From the NCBI GenBank assembly GCA_031411295.1, contig JANOAV010000105.1, forward strand, positions 5,013 through 69,012: a stretch of DNA of 64,000 nt, given 5' to 3'. Source of the stretch: Verrucomicrobiales bacterium. GTDB lineage: Bacteria > Verrucomicrobiota > Verrucomicrobiia > Verrucomicrobiales > V1-33. Shown one piece after another: positions 27,581 to 37,242 of this stretch (its first letter is position 1; each line of letters starts with the position of its first letter). The position numbers and the translations under genes are program-made. The notes beneath the pieces were generated by a model that worked only from the letters and a program-made list of their open reading frames with translations, ran no database searches and was not told the DNA's origin.

Positions 27581-28807
27581 TTACACGGAGGGTTCGTGAA
27601 GTTTGAAGGCCTTGTGCACCACGCGGGCCGCTTCGTCGGCATGGGTTTGTTCCACGGTCACGGTGATTTTGATTTCGCTGGTGGAGATCATTTGGATGTT
27701 GATACCAGCCTCGCCCAAGGCGGAGAACATGGTGGCGGCCACTCCGCTGTGGCTGCGCATGCCGATGCCGACGGCACTGAGTTTGGCGATGCCATCGTCA
27801 CTCAGGACTTCGACATTTCCGCCGATTTCCTGAGCGAGCGCTTCAAGCGCGGAGAGGGCTTTCTTCAGCTCATTCTTATGGAGGGTGAAGGAGATCCGGG
27901 CTTTGCCATCCTGACCCACGTTCTGGACGATCATGTCCACGTTGACGTTGGTGGTGCCAATGACGCCAAAGACGCGGCTGGCCACCCCGGGAATGTCCGG
28001 CAGGCCTTGGATGGTGATTTTTGCTTGATCACGTTCGAGGCTGATGCCGCGAATGACGACGGATTCCATGTTCATGGTTTCTTTGGTAACGAGGGTTCCA
28101 GGATTATTATTCAAACTGCTGCGCACTTCAAAGGGCACGCCAAACTTATTCGCAAACTCCACGCTGCGGCTCTGCATCACTTTGCTGCCGCTGCTGGCCA
28201 TTTCCAGCATTTCCTCATAGGAAATGACGGGAATCTTGGTAGCGTCCTTCACGATGCGGGGATCGCAGGTGTAAACGCCGTCCACATCGGTGAAAATCTG
28301 ACAGAGATCAGCCTTGATAGCGGCGGCCATGGCGATGGCGGTGAGATCACTGCCGCCGCGGCCCAGGGTGGTTATTTGGCCCTCGGCGGTGCGACCTTGG
28401 AAACCAGCAATGACGACGATATTCCCATCGTTGAGCATGTCGTGCACTTCGGTGGGGGTGATGTTAGAGATCCGCGCCTTCGTGTGCACGCCATCGGTCA
28501 CGATGCCGGCCTGCGCTCCGGTTAGAGATACGGCTTTGCCACCCAGAGCGTTGATCGCCATGGCGGTTAGGGCGATGGTGGTTTGCTCACCGGTGGACAG
28601 GAGCACATCCATTTCCCGTTCGGTGGGTTCGGCGGAGACTTCCCGGGATAGTTTGATGAGGTTGTCCGTGACCCCGGACATAGCGGAGACCACGACGACC
28701 ACGCGATTCCCCTCGCGCTGCGTGGCGAGGACGCGGCGGGCGACGTTGCAAATGCGTTCTGGGTTACCGACGGAGGTGCCGCCGTATTTCTGAACGATGG
28801 TGGCCAT
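27581..28807 (-). CDS. lysC: Aspartate kinase (two ACT domains)
   Basis: VQKYGGTSV, VVVSAM, TTLGRGGSD, TDVDGVYTCDPR, ISTSEIKI. Confidence 0.96.
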   Translation of the reverse strand: MATIVQKYGGTSVGNPERICNVARRVLATQREGNRVVVVVSAMSGVTDNLIKLSREVSAEPTEREMDVLLSTGEQTTIALTAMAINALGGKAVSLTGAQAGIVTDGVHTKARISNITPTEVHDMLNDGNIVVIAGFQGRTAEGQITTLGRGGSDLTAIAMAAAIKADLCQIFTDVDGVYTCDPRIVKDATKIPVISYEEMLEMASSGSKVMQSRSVEFANKFGVPFEVRSSLNNNPGTLVTKETMNMESVVIRGISLERDQAKITIQGLPDIPGVASRVFGVIGTTNVNVDMIVQNVGQDGKARISFTLHKNELKKALSALEALAQEIGGNVEVLSDDGIAKLSAVGIGMRSHSGVAATMFSALGEAGINIQMISTSEIKITVTVEQTHADEAARVVHKAFKLHEPSV

Positions 28808-29048
28808 GAAAATTTCGGATGATTGAGAGGTCTAAATTTAGAAACGGGGGCCATTTAATGAACGGGGATTTTCCCGGCGCAACTAGAATAAGCTAATCTG
28901 GGAGGCTGATTTTCAAGAAACGGGACCCCCTAGAAATTTTCAGGTTTCAGATTGCGCAAATGAAGCGGTGAGGGGAGCATGGCACCCGCCAACGCGGTGG
29001 GGTAACTTTGCTGTCGCTCTGCTGTTAAGATTCGTATCGTTTGTCATT

Positions 29049-32000
29049 ATGAGATTACTGCCCATATTATTTACTGCCTTTACTTTGTCCTCCACTGCCT
29101 TCGCAGAGGAGGGATTTCGCCCAATATTTAATGGGAAGGATCTGACAGGTTGGGAGGGGAACCCTGAACTCTGGGCGGTAGAGGACGGTTGTATCACCGG
29201 TAAAACCACGGGGCCGGAGCAAATGAAATATAACCAGTTTCTGATCTGGACGGGTGGCAAGGTAAAGAATTTCGAACTGCGCCTCAAGGTGAAGCACAAA
29301 GGGAACAACACGGGCGTGCAGTATCGGAGCAAGGAGCTGCCTGAGAACGGGAAATGGTCGGTGGGCGGCTACCAATGCGATATGCATCCCAATGCGCCTT
29401 ACAATGCCATGGTCTATGAGGAGCGGGGTCGTGGGATCATTACCCAAAACGGTCAGAGTGTGATCATCGATCCGCAGGGACAAAAATGGATTGTGGCCGA
29501 GCGGGAGCCGGTGAAGGTGGATCCGGCTGAATGGCATGACTACACGATCATTGCGCAGGGTAATCATTTAATTCATAAGATCGATGGGAAGGTCACAATT
29601 GATCTAACCGACCACGAGGAAAAGGCACGTGCGTTGGAAGGCATTGTGGCCTTCCAAATCCACCGGGGGCCAGCCATGGTGGTGCAGATCAAGGATGTGG
29701 CCATCAAAGATCTGCCGGATGGTGGATTGGTGGCATTTGATGCCGCAGCGATCCCCAGCGATGCCCAGCAGCTGGGGAAACCCAATCCAAAGGCGAATCC
29801 AAAGGCCAAGCCCAAGGCCGCTCCGGCTGAGCCAGCTAAACCAGCCGAAACTCCCGTCGCGGCTGCGCCTAAGGCTAAGGCCAAGAAATCCACGGGGACT
29901 GGCGAGGCGATTGGGGAAAACAAGGCCACTCCGGTGGGAAGGATCAAAGCAGCCAAAGATTTCAAAGTGGAACTGCTCTACTCTGTGCCCGGTGGAGATC
30001 AAGGTTCCTGGGTGAACCTGTGTGCCGACGACAAGGGACGCATTTATGCCAGCGATCAGTATGGCAGCTTGTATCGTTTCGCTGCACCGGCCCCCGGGCA
30101 ACCGCTGGATCCGGCCAGTGTGCAGAAGGTTCCAGTCGAGATGCGCGCGGTGAATGGGATGTTGTTCGCCTTCGGTGCGCTCTATGTCGGCGTGAATGAT
30201 TATGAAAGCAAAATTCAGAGCGGCCTCTATCGGCTCACGGACAGCAATGGTGATGATCAACTCGATAAGGTCGAACTACTCCGGGCCTTCGAATCCAAGG
30301 GCGATCACGGGGTGCATGCGATCCTGCCTACGCCTGATGGCAAAGGGCTCTACCTGATTACCGGCAACAATGCCAAGCCCACGCAGACGGATGCCACTTC
30401 CCCCGTGCCCAGAGTCTGGGGCGACGACCATCTACTGCCACGGATGCCGGATGGGCGTGGTCACAATCGCGATGTCATGGCTCCGGGAGGCATTATTTAC
30501 AAGGTATCGCCTGACGGTAAAGACTTCAAAATGTTCGCCTCCGGCTTCCGGAATATCTTCGATGCTGGCCTCAATCTGGACGGGGAACTCTTCACTTATG
30601 ACGCGGACATGGAGTATGACTTCAACACCTCATGGTATCGCCCCACGCGCATCAACCATGTCGTTAGCGGTGCCGAATACGGCTGGCGCAACGGGGCGGG
30701 AAAGTATCCGGAATTTTATGTCGATAACCTCCCGGCCACGCTCAACATCGGCCCCGGATCACCCACGGGCGTGACCTTCGGCTATGGCGCCAAGTTTCCT
30801 GCGAAATATCAAAAAGCGATGTTCGCGCTCGACTGGAGTTGGGGGAAACTTTACGCCGTGCATCTCACGGAGCAAGGTTCCAGCTACACCGCCACCAAGG
30901 AGGAGTTCATTACTGGTTCCCCCTTGCCGCTGACCGATGCCATCATTCACCCCAAAGATGGCGCGATGTATTTTGCGATTGGCGGACGCAAAGTTCAGTC
31001 CGGATTATATCGTGTGACCTACACGGGGTCTGAAGCCACGACACCAATCGATCGGGCTCCCAAGACCACGCCTGCCCGCACCTTGCGCCATCAGTTGGAA
31101 GCATTTCATGGCAAACAAGACCCAGCTGCGGTCGCCACCGCTTGGCCGTATCTGAGCCATGAAGACCGCTTCATTAGTTGGGCGGCTCGGATCGCCATTG
31201 AGCACCAACCGGTGGCTACTTGGCAGGCCCGGGTGTTCAGTGAGACAGATCCTGCGAAACAGCTCCCAGCCTTGCTCGCGCTAACCGAAGTGAGCGGCAC
31301 TTGCCCGACCCATCGCACCAAGGCTTCCGTGGTGGACACTGCCATGCGGGACCAACTCATCGCAGCGTTGTTGAAACTCGACTGGGCTAAGCTGACATTT
31401 ACCCAACAACTCAGCTACGTGCGGATCATGGAGATCGTGCTGCACCGCTTTGGTAATCCCGACGATGCCACGGTGGCCAAAATCATTGCCAAGCTGGATC
31501 CGGCTTTCCCGTCCGAGAAATTTGAGCTGAACTGGCTGCTGTGCGAAACGTTGGCCTACCTGCAAGCGCCTACCACGGCCGCCAAAGGCATGGCGCTGAT
31601 CGCTGCGGCTCCGAGTCAGGAGCCACAGATCGAATACGCCCGCAGCCTCCGATTCCTGACCGCGGGATGGACCAAAGAGCTGCGCACAGCACAACTCGAG
31701 TGGTTCCTGAAAGCGGCCAATTTCCGCGGTGGTTCCAGTTTCGATAAATTCATCGAGTTTATCCGTCACGATACGTTGGCATCCTTCAGTCCCGCGCATA
31801 AGACCGAACTGGCGGCCCTCATTGAGCAGAAGCCTGTGCGGAAATCTGCTCTGGAAAACGTGGGGGCAATGTTCGTGGGCCGCACGCCTACGATGTGGAC
31901 TCTGGAGGACCTGAGCGCAGCCACCAAGGACGGCATGAAACATCGCAACTACGACAATGGACGCAAGATGTTTGGGGCCGCAGCGTGTTTCACCTGCCAC

Positions 32001-32387
32001 CGTTTCGGCAACGAAGGCGGCATGACCGGGCCTGACCTAACAGGCGCTGGAGGGCGCTACAGTCCTCATGATTTGCTTGATCAAATCATTAATCCCAGCA
32101 AGGAAATCAACGAGCAGTTCGCCCCCATCATCGTTACCAAGAACAACGGAGATGTCATCTCTGGGGTCGTGGTAAATCTCAGTGGTGATGGCGTAACACT
32201 GAACACGGATCTGTCCGATCCTGATCAGCGGGTGAATGTAGATCGCAAGGAACTCAAGAGTATCGAACTCAGCAAGGTTTCCCCGATGCCGCCCATGCTC
32301 CTGGCGATGCTAACCAAGGAAGAAATCATGGACCTCCTGGCTTACGTCCTCAGTGCAGGCGACAAGACTAACGGCATGTTCAAATAA
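29049..32387 (+). CDS. Secreted DUF1080 (3-keto-disaccharide hydrolase-like) domain fused to a PVC-type beta-propeller/HEAT/cytochrome c (CxxCH) dehydrogenase-like protein
   Basis: Signal peptide from ATG 29049; IFNGKDLTGW..NTGVQYRS..GYQCD (DUF1080); PAK-rich linker; GFRN, TYDADMEYD..WYRPTRI; heme motif ACFTCH; GPDLTG; SPMP. Confidence 0.87.
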   Translation: MRLLPILFTAFTLSSTAFAEEGFRPIFNGKDLTGWEGNPELWAVEDGCITGKTTGPEQMKYNQFLIWTGGKVKNFELRLKVKHKGNNTGVQYRSKELPENGKWSVGGYQCDMHPNAPYNAMVYEERGRGIITQNGQSVIIDPQGQKWIVAEREPVKVDPAEWHDYTIIAQGNHLIHKIDGKVTIDLTDHEEKARALEGIVAFQIHRGPAMVVQIKDVAIKDLPDGGLVAFDAAAIPSDAQQLGKPNPKANPKAKPKAAPAEPAKPAETPVAAAPKAKAKKSTGTGEAIGENKATPVGRIKAAKDFKVELLYSVPGGDQGSWVNLCADDKGRIYASDQYGSLYRFAAPAPGQPLDPASVQKVPVEMRAVNGMLFAFGALYVGVNDYESKIQSGLYRLTDSNGDDQLDKVELLRAFESKGDHGVHAILPTPDGKGLYLITGNNAKPTQTDATSPVPRVWGDDHLLPRMPDGRGHNRDVMAPGGIIYKVSPDGKDFKMFASGFRNIFDAGLNLDGELFTYDADMEYDFNTSWYRPTRINHVVSGAEYGWRNGAGKYPEFYVDNLPATLNIGPGSPTGVTFGYGAKFPAKYQKAMFALDWSWGKLYAVHLTEQGSSYTATKEEFITGSPLPLTDAIIHPKDGAMYFAIGGRKVQSGLYRVTYTGSEATTPIDRAPKTTPARTLRHQLEAFHGKQDPAAVATAWPYLSHEDRFISWAARIAIEHQPVATWQARVFSETDPAKQLPALLALTEVSGTCPTHRTKASVVDTAMRDQLIAALLKLDWAKLTFTQQLSYVRIMEIVLHRFGNPDDATVAKIIAKLDPAFPSEKFELNWLLCETLAYLQAPTTAAKGMALIAAAPSQEPQIEYARSLRFLTAGWTKELRTAQLEWFLKAANFRGGSSFDKFIEFIRHDTLASFSPAHKTELAALIEQKPVRKSALENVGAMFVGRTPTMWTLEDLSAATKDGMKHRNYDNGRKMFGAAACFTCHRFGNEGGMTGPDLTGAGGRYSPHDLLDQIINPSKEINEQFAPIIVTKNNGDVISGVVVNLSGDGVTLNTDLSDPDQRVNVDRKELKSIELSKVSPMPPMLLAMLTKEEIMDLLAYVLSAGDKTNGMFK

Positions 32388-32398
32388 GCCCTCAGGAG

Positions 32399-32543
32399 GG
32401 TGGACATTTTGTCCACCAGTGCCACACCACAGGCCTGCAAAAACCAACCCCGACCATGCCGCGGCAGACGCTTAATCGCTGCATGGTCGGAGTAATACGA
32501 GTTGCATCAAGGACCCATCCCGAGCAGTCCAGTGGACCGCTCG
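32399..32543. terminator. Cluster of three hairpins between convergent genes (bidirectional terminator and/or REP cluster)
   Basis: GGTGGACA-TTT-TGTCCACC (32399-32417); CCGACCATGC..GCATGGTCGG (32450-32490); CGAGCAGTCC-AGT-GGACCGCTCG (32521-32543). Confidence 0.6.
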
Positions 32544-32573
32544 ATATGCTGTCGGAGCCTTTGTGCAAATGGC

Positions 32574-33491
32574 CTAGACCTTGCCTTGGAGGAGGCCGCT
32601 GAGGATTTTCGAGATCTCCATGCCTTTGAACTTTTCGCTGAGTTCCTTGGCTTTGTTGGAAATTTCCGTGCCGTATTGGGATTGCATCACTTTGGCTTTC
32701 TCCACCAGTTTGGAGAATTCCTCCTTCAGCATGGGAAGATCGATCTGGCGACCTGAGGCGTAGTAACGATCGGCCACGGTGCCGAGGGCATACGTGGTGG
32801 CGAAGGTTAGGGCAGTGCCGGCAATGCCGCCAGTCACGTTTCCCACCGTTTCCCCGGTCTCTCCGCCCAAGCCGCCGAGCACCCCCGAGAGGATGCGACG
32901 CATGCCAGTTTCGATGACTTGGGAGACGGCCCCGATGCCCAAGGCCGCTGCAAAATCCCGCAGCGACTTGCGGTCCAGCGCGATGCCATGGCGTTGCCCA
33001 ATATCATACACTAACTTCATCTGCGTGGGGATGATGGCCAGGGAGCCTGCAGTTTGAGGGAGTAATTCCAGCGCTGCGGCCAGCACCGAATATTTCAGCA
33101 GGAGGGATTCCAAATCGCCTGCCGCCACGACTAAGGGCGTAGTCTCCACCGGGGCTTCCGGGGCTGCTTCCGCTGGCTGCAATGCCGCATGGAGGGTTTT
33201 GAGAAACGCTAGCTCGGCGGGGACGGATGGTCCACTGGCTTCGCAAACGCAAAGGGCGATTTCATAGGCCAGGGTCTTGGCGTCTGGTGAAGTTAGTTCG
33301 GCCACGGCGGATTCCAGAGTGGTTTGCTTGGTGAGCACGGACTGATAAGCTTCCGCCAGATCCACTGCGGTCATTTGGAACCCTTCGGCGGTGCGGCGGA
33401 TGGCGGCGTGCTCTCGTTCGTCCTTGGCGTCGTCGGCAAAAGCTGCCAGGAGGGAGAGGGAAAGAATGGCGCGTTGTTCGGTGGGAGTCAT
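32574..33491 (-). CDS. TerB-like (DUF533) N-terminal domain plus DUF697/YcjF-like C-terminal domain protein
   Basis: LLAAFADDAKDERE..AYEIALCVCEA (TerB-like); ELLPQ..SLAIIPTQMKLVYDIG..FATTYALG (DUF697-like). Confidence 0.75.
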   Translation of the reverse strand: MTPTEQRAILSLSLLAAFADDAKDEREHAAIRRTAEGFQMTAVDLAEAYQSVLTKQTTLESAVAELTSPDAKTLAYEIALCVCEASGPSVPAELAFLKTLHAALQPAEAAPEAPVETTPLVVAAGDLESLLLKYSVLAAALELLPQTAGSLAIIPTQMKLVYDIGQRHGIALDRKSLRDFAAALGIGAVSQVIETGMRRILSGVLGGLGGETGETVGNVTGGIAGTALTFATTYALGTVADRYYASGRQIDLPMLKEEFSKLVEKAKVMQSQYGTEISNKAKELSEKFKGMEISKILSGLLQGKV

Positions 33492-33655
33492 AAGCAATAA
33501 GGGAGAGGTGTAAAATCGATCAAGTTAGGCCGAGAGATGCCGCAAATGTTGATCGCTGACTACTACAAAATGAGACCGCTTTTACATTTGGTCTGACCTC
33601 GAAGCGGGACCGACCGGAGTGATGAGCCACTACCCGCACCGGAGGGGAGGCATGG

Positions 33656-34783
33656 TTAGATGCGCAGGAAAATTTTGCGATGATACATCCACGCCAGGAG
33701 CAGCCACTCCACCAAGAGAATACCAGCACCGTGCAGCAAGGGCTGGTAATTTTCTCCCAGCGATTGAAAGACGCGGGGTCCTAAGTGGCGGGGTAGGGCT
33801 TCGCTAATAAACGTCACAAACAAATGAGCAATGAGGTAAGCGGCAATGGAGTTCATGCCGATCACCAGCAGCGGTTTGGCCCATTTTTTGCAGTGCAGGA
33901 TCTCGATGATCCCATAAAAGGCTGCCAGCAGGAAACAACACCAACCGCCGCTAAACAAAGTCCAACTGGGGGTCCAAATCCGCTTCACCACCGGGATCCA
34001 ACCCAGCGCCCCCAAGGCCCAGCCTGTCCCTAGCAGTATTGCTCCAGCGATGAGCAGTCTGCGAATTTTTTCCGTCGGAGTTTTGTCCTCCCGCTGCAGC
34101 CAGCCACCCGCCAGCAATCCCAGGATCATGGTGCCGAGGGTGGGAATAAAACTCAGCGTGCTATAGCCCCCTTCATTGGCCACGAAGGGCGACTCCCGGG
34201 GAAAGAGGTTCATGAACCAGACATCGAATTTCCAGGCGGCATTCGTGTTGAGAGCCCAGTGGTCCCGGACTCCCGGAGCCAGTTGAGTGAGGAAAAAGAA
34301 GGCGGTGTAGCCAATGAGAATCGTGGCTAGTCCGATGACCTGTGCCCTGAGGGAGCGGTTACCCAGCCAATAGAGCACGCCGTAGCCCAGTCCGATCTGG
34401 GTCAGGGTGTCCTCGAAGGTCCAATTGGTCTGCGGGTGATCAATCGAGCGCAGGAAGACTCCCAGGAGAACGAGGATCAGGGCCCGTAACCAAGCATGGG
34501 CGGTGCGCTGCCAGGCGGGCTGGCCGGAGGCGATCCGCTTGGCCAGGGAGAAGGGTAGGGCGACTCCGACGAGGAAGGAAAAGGATGGTTGGATCAGGTC
34601 GTGAAGCACCCAACCGGTCCACGCCACATGATTCTGGTGCTGCGCCAGTAATCTCCAGAAGCCGCTCTGGGGATTGCTTCCAGAGATTTTCCCGAACTCC
34701 AACACCTCTGCCATCATCAGTAACATTACGAAGCCTCGATAGGCATCGACTGAAGTCAGGCGGGGCGGCGGAGCGGGGTGCAT
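33656..34783 (-). CDS. HGSNAT-like/DUF5009 membrane acyltransferase
   Basis: RLTSVDAYRGFVMLLM, H..WTG..HDLIQPSFSFLVGV, PVVKRIWTPSW, IGMNSIAAY. ATG 34783 avoids overlap with the upstream gene. Confidence 0.88.
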   Translation of the reverse strand: MHPAPPPRLTSVDAYRGFVMLLMMAEVLEFGKISGSNPQSGFWRLLAQHQNHVAWTGWVLHDLIQPSFSFLVGVALPFSLAKRIASGQPAWQRTAHAWLRALILVLLGVFLRSIDHPQTNWTFEDTLTQIGLGYGVLYWLGNRSLRAQVIGLATILIGYTAFFFLTQLAPGVRDHWALNTNAAWKFDVWFMNLFPRESPFVANEGGYSTLSFIPTLGTMILGLLAGGWLQREDKTPTEKIRRLLIAGAILLGTGWALGALGWIPVVKRIWTPSWTLFSGGWCCFLLAAFYGIIEILHCKKWAKPLLVIGMNSIAAYLIAHLFVTFISEALPRHLGPRVFQSLGENYQPLLHGAGILLVEWLLLAWMYHRKIFLRI

Positions 34784-34787
34784 GGGG

Positions 34788-35984
34788 TCACTTTCTGATG
34801 TTGGATTGGGCCAACGGAAGAATCTTGGGCAACAGCAGTTCTGCCATTTTCTTGGCCCCGGCATCGGTCAAGATGGTCTCATTGACAAAGTGGGCTGGAT
34901 CCTGCGGCACCTCGCCATTGAGTTCAATAAATGTTATTTTATTGTCTTCGGCATACTTTTGCGCCACTTCTTGGAAACGCCGCGCTTCCCGTTCCACCCA
35001 TCCGGATTGGACGCGCACCGCCAGATTGCCATCGCTGCGTGACTTGGGCATGAAGGTGCAGCGCAGCGCCTCGGCCTCGTCGGTCATGATTTCCTTACAA
35101 AGGCAGGGTTCGCCTGTTAGGATGAGTTTGGCCCCGACGGCTTTGGCCTCGGAGTTGATGATCTTGATGGCGTCCAGATACTCATTACGGGGATCTGCAT
35201 CGGAAAGGCGGAAGGGATTCGGCACGGGGGGGATTTTGGCGAACTCCACGCGGAGTTGGGCGAAGTGATCCGTGAAGAAGTTATCCTCGCCCACCATGTC
35301 TTGCGCGCGTTGCGTGTCACGAGTAACGCTATTGGCCAGTTTCCAACGGGCTAATTGGGAGATCTTGGCTAACGAGTTCTTGACGGCTCCGCGGTCGCGC
35401 TTGGGTATTGGAATCGCGCCAAAGGCATTGGCGTCATATTGATAATCCAAAGGCTGGCCCAGCACCTCGCCTGCGCCAAAGTTGGTGATGATGAGATCCG
35501 GTTGGAAATCTTTGGCAAAGGTAGAGACCCAGCGTGCCCCAACCAAGGAAAGGAAGCCCGAAGCCCCATTCGCGCCGACTTCGATTTTCACGCCGGGAAG
35601 CTTTGCTTGCAACATTGTCCCCAACTGCCCCCACCAAGTGTCCGGCGCGTTCTGGAGTTGGGCGAAGGTGGCAAAGCCGCCTACGCAGAGGATGCGCAGG
35701 GAATTCGGTTCGCGCTGACCAGAAGTCCAGTTGATGGCGCGCAGTTGGTTCTCCTGGGTCATGGTTAGCACCACCTTGGGTTGCAATCCGGGGATCTTAT
35801 TTTTCAAACGGATGGTCATGAGTCCTTCGGTCGGTGCCCGGAAGGCGGCCCACAGCACGATTTCCGTGAGCAGGAGCAGTGCCAGAATTCCGAGGACAAA
35901 GCGGACGGCTAGTTTGACGAGATTTTGGGTGGAAAAGGTATCAGCGTTCACGAGGAAGGGATCTTTGGGAGAATTATTTGGCAA
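34788..35984 (-). CDS. Membrane-anchored SGNH/GDSL-fold protein, apparently catalytically degenerate
   Basis: N-terminal TM anchor. SGNH block scaffolds RILCVGGFAT, EVGANGASG, QPDLIITNFGAGE and HFVNETILTDAG lack the catalytic Ser, Asn and His. Confidence 0.7.
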   Translation of the reverse strand: MPNNSPKDPFLVNADTFSTQNLVKLAVRFVLGILALLLLTEIVLWAAFRAPTEGLMTIRLKNKIPGLQPKVVLTMTQENQLRAINWTSGQREPNSLRILCVGGFATFAQLQNAPDTWWGQLGTMLQAKLPGVKIEVGANGASGFLSLVGARWVSTFAKDFQPDLIITNFGAGEVLGQPLDYQYDANAFGAIPIPKRDRGAVKNSLAKISQLARWKLANSVTRDTQRAQDMVGEDNFFTDHFAQLRVEFAKIPPVPNPFRLSDADPRNEYLDAIKIINSEAKAVGAKLILTGEPCLCKEIMTDEAEALRCTFMPKSRSDGNLAVRVQSGWVEREARRFQEVAQKYAEDNKITFIELNGEVPQDPAHFVNETILTDAGAKKMAELLLPKILPLAQSNIRK

Positions 35985-36317
35985 TGGACGGTCTTAATTA
36001 CCACGGAGTCCAATATTGGGAAAGAGGAGAAATTTTACCAAATCAGATTTGCGGTGAGCAAGTCAGACTGCCGGACCCGCCGGAGCGTTAGTTTGCGGAA
36101 TTAGAAAAAAAATGATAAATTTTGTCCAGACTGAATGCCGAATTCCGATAATTAAGGTGGAGACCTCCCGCGGCACCTCAAGATTGCCCCAGTTTCCTCA
36201 CTCGCCACCTACTCCAAACCCCTCTGCCTGTTCATGAAATTTACCCTTTGCCTACCCAGATTCCGCTTTCTGAGCGCGGATCCAACCCTCAGTCCTGCCC
36301 CGGGGCGGGGATGCTGG

Positions 36318-36557
36318 CTAGACATCGAGCAAGCGGTCCCGCTCGTTGAGTCTTCCGCAGGTTGGGCATGGCACCAACGGTTGATTGGTGAATTCATCGA
36401 AGACCGTGCCGCAGACGTCACAACTGACGCGAAATTTCATGAGCTTGCGCTCTCGTCGGCGTTGTTGCCAGACACGCACGGCCCACACCATGCTGAGCAA
36501 TCCCAGCAGGATGCAGAGATCGTAGATGATGAGTTCGGGCAGAGTGGTCTTGAACAT
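36318..36557 (-). CDS. Small membrane-anchored zinc-ribbon protein (CxxC...CxxC)
   Basis: TM helix, basic stretch, CDVCG and CPTCG; 79 aa. Confidence 0.7.
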   Translation of the reverse strand: MFKTTLPELIIYDLCILLGLLSMVWAVRVWQQRRRERKLMKFRVSCDVCGTVFDEFTNQPLVPCPTCGRLNERDRLLDV

Positions 36558-36706
36558 GCGAAAGGTAAGCCTAGATCGGAAGCGGATGCAAGGCTAAGCG
36601 AAAGGGGGCAGGCCGGCTGGACACCAATATATTCCTGGATTCTGGCTTATGCTGGTGGACAGAATTCGAGGAAAATGCTAAATTACCAGAGAAATTACTA
36701 TCCACT

Positions 36707-37198
36707 ATGAAACTGACCACACTGACCACACTGACCACACTAATAACGCTAACCTGCTTACTGCAATTCTCAACCCTCGGGGGGTATGCTGAAGACAGCA
36801 AAGACCCTCTGGCGGACATCAAGTCTCAATTGAAGGACCCTGCCAAACCGTTCACTTTAATCGTCGAGTTCAGCATTAAGCCGGAGCATGTTAAGGAGTG
36901 GCGCAAGTTGGTGCAGGACTCTGTGAAGCAGACCAAGCAGGAGCCTGGTTGTGTAACTTACACCTGTCATCAGGACGCCAAGGATCCCAATAAGTTTGTC
37001 TTTGTGGAAGTCTGGCGCAGCATGGCGGCCATCGAATTCCATGTGCAGCAAGAGTATGTCAAGAGTCTGTTAGGTAAAGCCGGTGAACTAGGATCGGCCC
37101 CGCCCAATATTCGCGTCCTCACTCCGTGGGTTCCCGCTCCGCCGAAGCCCAAGGACGAGGGCGCACCCGCCAAGCCGACCGATCCAGCTGTCAAATAG
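36707..37198 (+). CDS. Secreted ABM-family (putative quinol monooxygenase) protein
   Basis: EPGCVTY..HQD..FVFVEVWRS..H motif of the ABM family; signal peptide; Pro-rich tail. Confidence 0.85.
   Translation: MKLTTLTTLTTLITLTCLLQFSTLGGYAEDSKDPLADIKSQLKDPAKPFTLIVEFSIKPEHVKEWRKLVQDSVKQTKQEPGCVTYTCHQDAKDPNKFVFVEVWRSMAAIEFHVQQEYVKSLLGKAGELGSAPPNIRVLTPWVPAPPKPKDEGAPAKPTDPAVK
36712..36738 (+). repeat. In-frame tandem repeat (ACTGACCAC)x3 in a signal peptide
   Basis: Three perfect 9-bp copies encoding LTT-LTT-LTT. Confidence 0.9.
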
Positions 37199-37242
37199 CA
37201 CTTCAACCCATCCGCTCCAAAACCGAACCTCCCTCCTGTCTT

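Noticed and set aside
27596-28525. Long antisense ORFs (e.g. 27596..28525, 10923..11876, 39488..40513, 17994..18875, 62747..63634)
   Set aside because: These are shadow ORFs opposite well-supported genes, as expected in GC-rich DNA.
28808-29048. Lysine riboswitch upstream of lysC
   Set aside because: I saw no recognisable L-box consensus or terminator. Only a short repeated AGAAACGGG is present, too weak to call a regulatory site.
36234-36710. 158-aa plus-strand ORF
   Set aside because: It has no recognisable motifs and overlaps the more protein-like zinc-ribbon gene on the opposite strand.
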